This document shows, one piece after another, positions 18,841-24,037 of a stretch of DNA of 24,037 nt. The stretch lies in IMG/VR virus record IMGVR_UViG_3300035208_001992. The stretch is one strand, 5' to 3'. The stretch comes from a virus. Lineage: Duplodnaviria; Heunggongvirae; Uroviricota; Caudoviricetes. Each line of letters begins with the position of its first letter. Position 1 is the first letter of the stretch. The notes below the pieces were generated by a model that was not told the origin of the DNA, did not search any database, and worked only from the letters and a program-made list of their open reading frames with translations. The position numbers and the translations under genes were made by a program.

Positions 18841-18870
18841 AGGGCACCGCCTCGATTGAGACGGTGCCCT
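18841..18870 (-). terminator. 13-bp stem-loop, probable intrinsic terminator/stabiliser
   Basis: Minus strand AGGGCACCGTCTC-AATC-GAGGCGGTGCCCT, then TTGACGCTT; 13 nt after the stop of 18884-19435. Confidence 0.6.
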
Positions 18871-18883
18871 ATTGCTTTGTAAT

Positions 18884-19435
18884 TTAAGCTTGCTCTATTG
18901 CACGTAGAACTTGCTTGACCCTAGCAGGATCTTTCTTAACGAGCTTAGCAGCAACCTTTGGATCTTTCCAAGGCTTTTTGCTCTTCAGCTCTTTGATTGT
19001 TTTACTTGCCCTAGCTAACTTCTCGTACCTCTTCTTGAGCTCAGCTTTCTTCTTTGGCGAATCAGTCTCTTTCGCTTGCTGAATCGTCTTTGCTTGCTCT
19101 GCTGCGATCGTTCCCCAGTCCCACAGGAAGAATCCTGCGAAGTACCAAGCTGCCGCAGCAAGCAAGCCAAGCGGAATGGACGCGACAGTGAACAAAGAGA
19201 GCACGCCCATGACACCAGCAACAACGCCCATGAACTTTCGGCCTAGTCCCTCTTTGCCGAACAGAGCCTCAACGTGCTGTCCGTCTGGCTCAACGACTTG
19301 CTCGATTGATGCCATAACCGCGTTGTCTGCGAAGTCATGCTTGGCATCTGTTTCAGCTCCGTCGAATGCATCCGTAAGAAGACTGATGTCTAAATCGTGC
19401 TCAGAAGCAATTGCGATGATTCCTTCGTGTTGCAT
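18884..19435 (-). CDS. Predicted membrane protein (183 aa): acidic N-terminus, hydrophobic hairpin, very basic C-terminus
   Basis: ~40-aa hydrophobic stretch FMGVVAGVMGVLSLFTVASIPLGLLAAAAWYFAGFFLW; partial leader IIAIASEHDL. Confidence 0.75.
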   Translation of the reverse strand: MQHEGIIAIASEHDLDISLLTDAFDGAETDAKHDFADNAVMASIEQVVEPDGQHVEALFGKEGLGRKFMGVVAGVMGVLSLFTVASIPLGLLAAAAWYFAGFFLWDWGTIAAEQAKTIQQAKETDSPKKKAELKKRYEKLARASKTIKELKSKKPWKDPKVAAKLVKKDPARVKQVLRAIEQA

Positions 19436-19438
19436 TGA

Positions 19439-21466
19439 TCAGTTTCTCTTTTTCTTTTGTTCGAACTTGCCTTCTTCTGGTCCAAGCATCAAGCCGTATT
19501 GAGGCTCGACGTTCGGAGGAACTGGGCAGTTCTTCGTGAGATAGTGATTCGAGAACTGGCAACCACCAGCGATCCACTTTGGCTTGAAGCGTGCCACGTC
19601 ATTGTCAGTCAAGTTGCCGTCGTTGAACTGGAATGTGCCACCAATCCAGACGTTCTCAACAACTGAAAGATCGCGCAGCGGGCAGCCTGACGCGCAGACG
19701 TGACCTTCAACGCGTTCCGGGAAGCCGACCAGGTCAGAGAGCTTGTCGTTGCGACGCAACAGCAAGTCACCCTTGATGTGCTTCGGCAGACCGACAGTCG
19801 TCAGGATCTGGTTGTTCGAGAAGTCAACACGGCCCATTGGCTCATTCTCGTCGTCCTCACCTTCGTAGCGCGAACGCTTCGAGATCTTGCATTCGACAGT
19901 GGCTGGGTAGCCATCGATGCGACGTAGACGGTTGTTGTTGAAGAACAACGAACCGCCAACATAAGACTCAGACTGTGGAATGCCTTTGAGACTCTCAAGC
20001 ACGCATGAAGTGAACACAGCGTCTTCGCCGATGAATTTCGGGAAGCCAAACACTGTAGTTAGCTTCTTGTTGCTCTCTGCAACGTACGAACCACCGACGT
20101 ACTCAGGGCCATGCTCGAGGTCGCCGATCTGATTGCGTGAGATGTCGAAGTCTTTGGTTGTCTTCTCAGGGCAGCCCTTGAGAGACTTGAGTCCACAATC
20201 GCTAGCCTTGAAGTTGCCGTCAACGACGCCGAACTTGATCGGCAGCAAGCCGAAGCGATTGTCGATCGCGCTTGAATCGATCTTCACATCACCAGTGACG
20301 TCGATGCGACCATCAGGACGCATCTTATACTTCGTGATGCCGAACTTCTTGCACCACTTTGCGACTTCCTTGTCCTGGCTGACTGCTGGCACGTTACGAG
20401 TGGCTGCGAAGTCCGTGTAGAACTTGTTACTCGCCATCTTGTACGAACCACCCTTATTGCCGTGGTTGACTGTGTCAAGCCACTTCTGCAACGTGGTGAA
20501 GAAGCCAGGGAAGTACTTGCCATAGTTCGAGTTAGATGACCCGTCGAGCACGATATCGTCTGGATCCTCGCTGTTGACGAATGGCAAGATTGTTGCGCGG
20601 CACACAGGATGCAGAATGTTGCCGTCATCGGCACGAATGCCGTACGCAACGATTGCGCCGTACTTTGCCATCTGTGGAACGTAGTGCGCGTTGCAACCAG
20701 CACCGTGCTTCGACACGCTGATGCGCAAGCATGAACCTGAGTCCCATGCACGGCCAGTTGAGAGCGCAGCAATGTCATATGGGTGACGCGAGATTACAAC
20801 AGCCATGCTTGAGCTGATCTTCGACGCGTTCTCGCGAATCGGATCAGCAGCCACCTTGTCAACGAGATCGTCAAGTGGCGTCCAACGCAGCTGCTTGGCC
20901 ACGTCCATGATCTTGTACTGCTTGTTGTTCTTCACGTCGAAAACAGTACCGGCCTTTGGCTCAATGTCTTTGTAGCGAGGCACGCGCTCGCCCTTGCCTT
21001 GGCCTGCAACTGTGTATGTTGCAGACTTGATCTTCTGCAGAATCTGGTCTTGGCTAGCTCCAGCAATGGCCTTCCTACGCTCTTCTTCATTGAGCATGCC
21101 AAGCGCTTTGTTCAAGTTAATGACTTGACCATTGCGCTTGTTGAGGACCTTGCCTTGGTAGTAGTCGAGGAGATCGAACTGGCCGTTGCTGTATGTGTGC
21201 AACGCGTTGATCACGTCGATCTCGACTGGCGAGAATTCAGTGTTGACCATGAGATGCTTGGCGACAGGCAAGTAAATGCGATATGCTGGGCGCTTGGTTG
21301 TGAATTGCTCGAACAAGTGCGAGTACCGATTCTTGCCACCTGAGCGCGACCACATGCGGTAGTAGTCACGCGCAGTGGACAACGGCAGCTTTGCAGTCGT
21401 GATGAATCGACCTTCAAGTCTGTCTGCAATGACGCTCAATGGCGTTTGGAAAAACTCGTCCATCAT
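19439..21466 (-). CDS. Two-part protein (675 aa): N-terminal domain of unknown function plus C-terminal leucine-rich-repeat-like solenoid
   Basis: AGGAG RBS. About 10 repeats of ~22 aa (VxGxFxxSxNxLxxLxGxP) at ~19530-20250, capped by IDVTGDVKI...LPIKFG. ISRHPYDIAALST...W...SCL motif. Confidence 0.75.
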   Translation of the reverse strand: MMDEFFQTPLSVIADRLEGRFITTAKLPLSTARDYYRMWSRSGGKNRYSHLFEQFTTKRPAYRIYLPVAKHLMVNTEFSPVEIDVINALHTYSNGQFDLLDYYQGKVLNKRNGQVINLNKALGMLNEEERRKAIAGASQDQILQKIKSATYTVAGQGKGERVPRYKDIEPKAGTVFDVKNNKQYKIMDVAKQLRWTPLDDLVDKVAADPIRENASKISSSMAVVISRHPYDIAALSTGRAWDSGSCLRISVSKHGAGCNAHYVPQMAKYGAIVAYGIRADDGNILHPVCRATILPFVNSEDPDDIVLDGSSNSNYGKYFPGFFTTLQKWLDTVNHGNKGGSYKMASNKFYTDFAATRNVPAVSQDKEVAKWCKKFGITKYKMRPDGRIDVTGDVKIDSSAIDNRFGLLPIKFGVVDGNFKASDCGLKSLKGCPEKTTKDFDISRNQIGDLEHGPEYVGGSYVAESNKKLTTVFGFPKFIGEDAVFTSCVLESLKGIPQSESYVGGSLFFNNNRLRRIDGYPATVECKISKRSRYEGEDDENEPMGRVDFSNNQILTTVGLPKHIKGDLLLRRNDKLSDLVGFPERVEGHVCASGCPLRDLSVVENVWIGGTFQFNDGNLTDNDVARFKPKWIAGGCQFSNHYLTKNCPVPPNVEPQYGLMLGPEEGKFEQKKKRN

Positions 21467-21552
21467 GGATCTCCTGTGTGGCTAAATCCTGTAATCTAGC
21501 CGGTGGTTGCCCGTAGTTGGGCGGTCAATAAGAGTTGAAGAAGTTAGTCAAG

Positions 21553-21887
21553 TCACGTCGATGATTGAGCAGCAAACAGCTCACGCATTAAGCGATCTTT
21601 GACATGACTACGCATGCGACTGATGATCACGTTTTGCAGTTCTTGCTTGCCGAACAATGCGTTGAGCTTGAATAGCTTGACGTAGAAATGCGATGTAAAT
21701 GCGTTGAAGCAGACACGCATGTACACGCCATCGACTTCCTGCCGCCGTTGACCAGTGCAAAACGAAAGCCGAACATCATTATTGCTTTCGGCAACTCGCC
21801 GCTGATGCTGTATTGCTGAGGCCGCTCATTGCCAACACGCGCAACAACTAACTGATGCCGAGCTACGATTCGATTTAGCCTCTCCAT
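21553..21887 (-). pseudogene. Frameshifted gene (~111 aa if repaired) carrying the shared leader (IVARHQLVVARVGNE)
   Basis: Frame 0 degenerates into Ser/Cys/His-rich sequence after ...FALVNGG. The -1 frame continues EVDGVYMRVCFNAFTSHFYVKLFKLNALFGKQELQNVIISRMRSHVKDRLMRELFAAQSST to TGA at 21553-21555. Confidence 0.65.
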
Positions 21888-23638
21888 GGCATACGCTCCA
21901 GTTCATAAATGAGCACTGCAACGTTTGGTATCAGAGTGCGCTTGACGTTCAACGTGATTTGTGGCACTTTGTTGAACTTGAACTCGCGCACTTCAATCTG
22001 GTTGTACACCCAGCGAATTGAGCCACCAGTTTCTTTGCATACCCAACGTGCCTTCAAGCCGCGCTGGTAGGCTGACTTATGTTCTGGATTGAGCGCGACA
22101 AAGTCATATGCCCGTCTCTTAAGTACAATGCGCTTAGGCAAATCCTCAGGCGTTTTGATGCCTTCTTCTAATGCAACGCGCGCTGTCGTTGGCTTTATCA
22201 CGTATTCGGCGATCTTGCTTGCTAGATCAGCTAGCTTCGTTGGAATAGGGAATCCAACATGCCCGATCACGCGTTCATTCTTCAGCCAGATGACCTGCAA
22301 GTCGAAGTCATGGCGCTCTGGCCAAAAGTGAATGTGCAAAGACCATGCGTTGGTCGTGTCATTGTAGAAGCACCAGTGCGTGTGTTCATGCCGCTCAATA
22401 CCGATTTCTTCATTGCGCTTGAACGTTAGTGAGCCGACCTTGATGACACTTGGAAGGTCATCTATTTCATGCAAAACACTGTTTACTTGATGCTGCGTTC
22501 TGGCTTCAGCCATGTGATGCTGCTTTGGCAAGTCGGCGTTGAATCGCGCGACGAACTTGTTGGTGTGCTCACGAAGTATCTTCTCTAAAGAGTGCTCATC
22601 AATCTTCTTGATTGTTGTCCGACTTGAGTATCCAACACTACCACTGTCGAACGCGATGTCGTACGCATCAATGCAGTTTTCAGGACCAACATCTGTGATG
22701 GTGAGTATGAGCCAAATCGCGCCAAGAACGCATATGTACACTCTGTCGTCTGCTAAGCGATTTGCTCCATTGTATTGGTATGATCCAACACGGATATTGC
22801 GCGGCAGCTTCACTTCGCGGATCGGTTGCAACCCGACGACTTCAGATTGCACGCGGCTGATGACTTTCACGCCTTTGCACGCAGCAATAACTGCTAACGC
22901 AGCGGTCGTACCTCGCAACTGCGACGCATAAACGCTGAAGAACATCTCAACGATTTCCTCGATGAATGACTGCATCGAATCGACATCATCAGGAATGCCA
23001 AGTGGTTGCCCAGTTGGCCGAACCAAACTGATTTTGAACGGCGCAGTGTCTAGTGACCTAGCTCTGAATCCGTTTGTGCCGCTTCGATCATATGGACTGA
23101 ATCGATACTCAAGCGAGAACTTGTTGTTGCTCGCATCACTGAAAATGAAGCCAACGCTGAATGCTCCGCCGATCGCTTGACCACCATGGAAGCCTCTTGC
23201 AACGATTGCCTCGCGCATGCGCTCAAGCAACTCAACGCGATCTTTCTGTTCTTCGCGTTTGATCTGCTTGATCAAGTCCTGGAATTCAGCACCGATGTAG
23301 TTCTTGAACGAAGTGACTGTCATGTTCACGATGGACGTCGCACCGCGCTTCTTTAGATGTCGCCCCTCGTTGTCAAGCATGGAGCACGTGATTTTGTTAG
23401 CCAGATGACTGTCGCTCGATTCATTAAAGATCGTAACGAACAAAGTGTACGAAGTACCGTCGCGTTCTAGCGTGCCAGTGAAGAACCAATTACGATCATC
23501 CATCGACGCTTTGTTCGATTTTCTGACAGTGACAGAATCACCGTCAACATCGACGCCGAAATACTTTGGCATTGTCTCAAGCACAAGTGGCGTCTGCTCA
23601 CCAGCAACGCGTGCTAGTGCTGTTCTAAGTTTTGTCAC
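21875..23638 (-). CDS. Multi-domain (polyprotein-like) hypothetical protein (587 aa) with three copies of the shared motif
   Basis: GTGA coupling. Motifs LARVAGE (23597-23617), VIAACKGVKVISRVQSE (22841-22891) and TTARVALE (22166-22189). Confidence 0.8.
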   Translation of the reverse strand: MTKLRTALARVAGEQTPLVLETMPKYFGVDVDGDSVTVRKSNKASMDDRNWFFTGTLERDGTSYTLFVTIFNESSDSHLANKITCSMLDNEGRHLKKRGATSIVNMTVTSFKNYIGAEFQDLIKQIKREEQKDRVELLERMREAIVARGFHGGQAIGGAFSVGFIFSDASNNKFSLEYRFSPYDRSGTNGFRARSLDTAPFKISLVRPTGQPLGIPDDVDSMQSFIEEIVEMFFSVYASQLRGTTAALAVIAACKGVKVISRVQSEVVGLQPIREVKLPRNIRVGSYQYNGANRLADDRVYICVLGAIWLILTITDVGPENCIDAYDIAFDSGSVGYSSRTTIKKIDEHSLEKILREHTNKFVARFNADLPKQHHMAEARTQHQVNSVLHEIDDLPSVIKVGSLTFKRNEEIGIERHEHTHWCFYNDTTNAWSLHIHFWPERHDFDLQVIWLKNERVIGHVGFPIPTKLADLASKIAEYVIKPTTARVALEEGIKTPEDLPKRIVLKRRAYDFVALNPEHKSAYQRGLKARWVCKETGGSIRWVYNQIEVREFKFNKVPQITLNVKRTLIPNVAVLIYELERMPWRG

Positions 23639-24037
23639 AGCTTGATCCTTTCAATGCAGAGACCAATCAGGTCAGCCAGATCAGAAATCTTGATCGGAAA
23701 CTCGTAAATCGGTGCAACGGTCGTTGGTTTCACGTTATTACCTTGTGACGACTTCTTATAGAAGTCTCTTTTGCATCGGCTTACAACAGCGAGAGCACGA
23801 CATTTAGTGTCTTCGAAATGCACGTGCACTTCGTACTTGTCAGATTCGTACTTAGCTGAATCTTTGCTGCTAGTGAGCTTGAAGACTTGATCATCAACTG
23901 TGAAACTCTTTGGCGCTGATTTCTTATCGAAGAACATCGGACTTTCAGCAGCAATTCGTGCTGTAGCTAACTTCGACGCAATTACCTGAAGCGCTGGTGT
24001 AGCGCTAGCAACGATCAGTCCTGAAAATTCTGCGCCA
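23635..24037 (-). CDS. Hypothetical protein, partial (5' end outside window), same multi-domain family
   Basis: The frame is open upstream of ATG 23937 to the window edge (GAEFSGLIVASATPALQVIASKLATARIAAESP-MFFDKK...), so the 100-aa track ORF is only the last module. Confidence 0.75.
   Translation of the reverse strand, partial: GAEFSGLIVASATPALQVIASKLATARIAAESPMFFDKKSAPKSFTVDDQVFKLTSSKDSAKYESDKYEVHVHFEDTKCRALAVVSRCKRDFYKKSSQGNNVKPTTVAPIYEFPIKISDLADLIGLCIERIKL

Noticed and set aside
18884-19435. Holin call
   Set aside because: Hydrophobic hairpin and basic tail are compatible, but there is no adjacent lysis gene and the long acidic N-terminus is atypical; left as membrane protein.
575-23645. 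All plus-strand ORFs and short alternative-frame minus-strand ORFs in the track
   Set aside because: They are shadows of the densely packed, RBS-bearing, translationally coupled minus-strand genes and show no recognisable motifs.
1-24037. Stop-codon reassignment (code 15 or 4), as seen in some large phages
   Set aside because: Code 11 gives near-complete coding density. TGA and TAA are used as coupled stops, and TAG ends 4869-6128 in a normal overlap. The one broken gene is a frameshift, not an in-frame stop.
1-24037. CRISPR arrays, tRNAs, IS elements, integrase or DNA-level tandem repeats
   Set aside because: None were seen; intergenic gaps are under 90 nt, and the repeats found are at the protein level only.

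Overview
This is a 24 kb segment of a large (jumbo-type) tailed phage genome, most likely a myovirus. All ~26 credible genes are on the minus strand, densely packed and often translationally coupled. They read in genetic code 11, and I see no enzymes, tRNAs, CRISPR or mobile elements. The left part (1-6128) is a cluster of fibre/appendage genes built from shared modules, and it includes a LamG lectin domain and a Fib_succ_major (FISUMP) lectin-fold protein. The middle holds further virion genes: an Ig-like decoration protein, a gp25-like baseplate/sheath initiator, a LamG spike-like protein and a head-tail adaptor-like protein. The most striking signal lies from ~13.9 kb to the right end. Otherwise dissimilar hypothetical proteins share a short conserved peptide (approx. 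I-A-x-K/R-H/L-x-L/F-x-V-V/I-A/S-R-V-A/G-x-E). It occurs at N-termini and also internally between domains of larger proteins, usually followed by a divergent ~100-aa 'P-x-x-h-x-V-G/D' domain. I interpret this, as inference, as a capsid-targeting/prohead-protease cleavage tag on an array of head-packaged cargo proteins and polyproteins. I also found a frameshifted member of that family, three long minus-strand RNA hairpins and a candidate intergenic promoter motif (ACTAAC-N3-TTSAA). Product calls come from motif recognition by eye; no database search was run.
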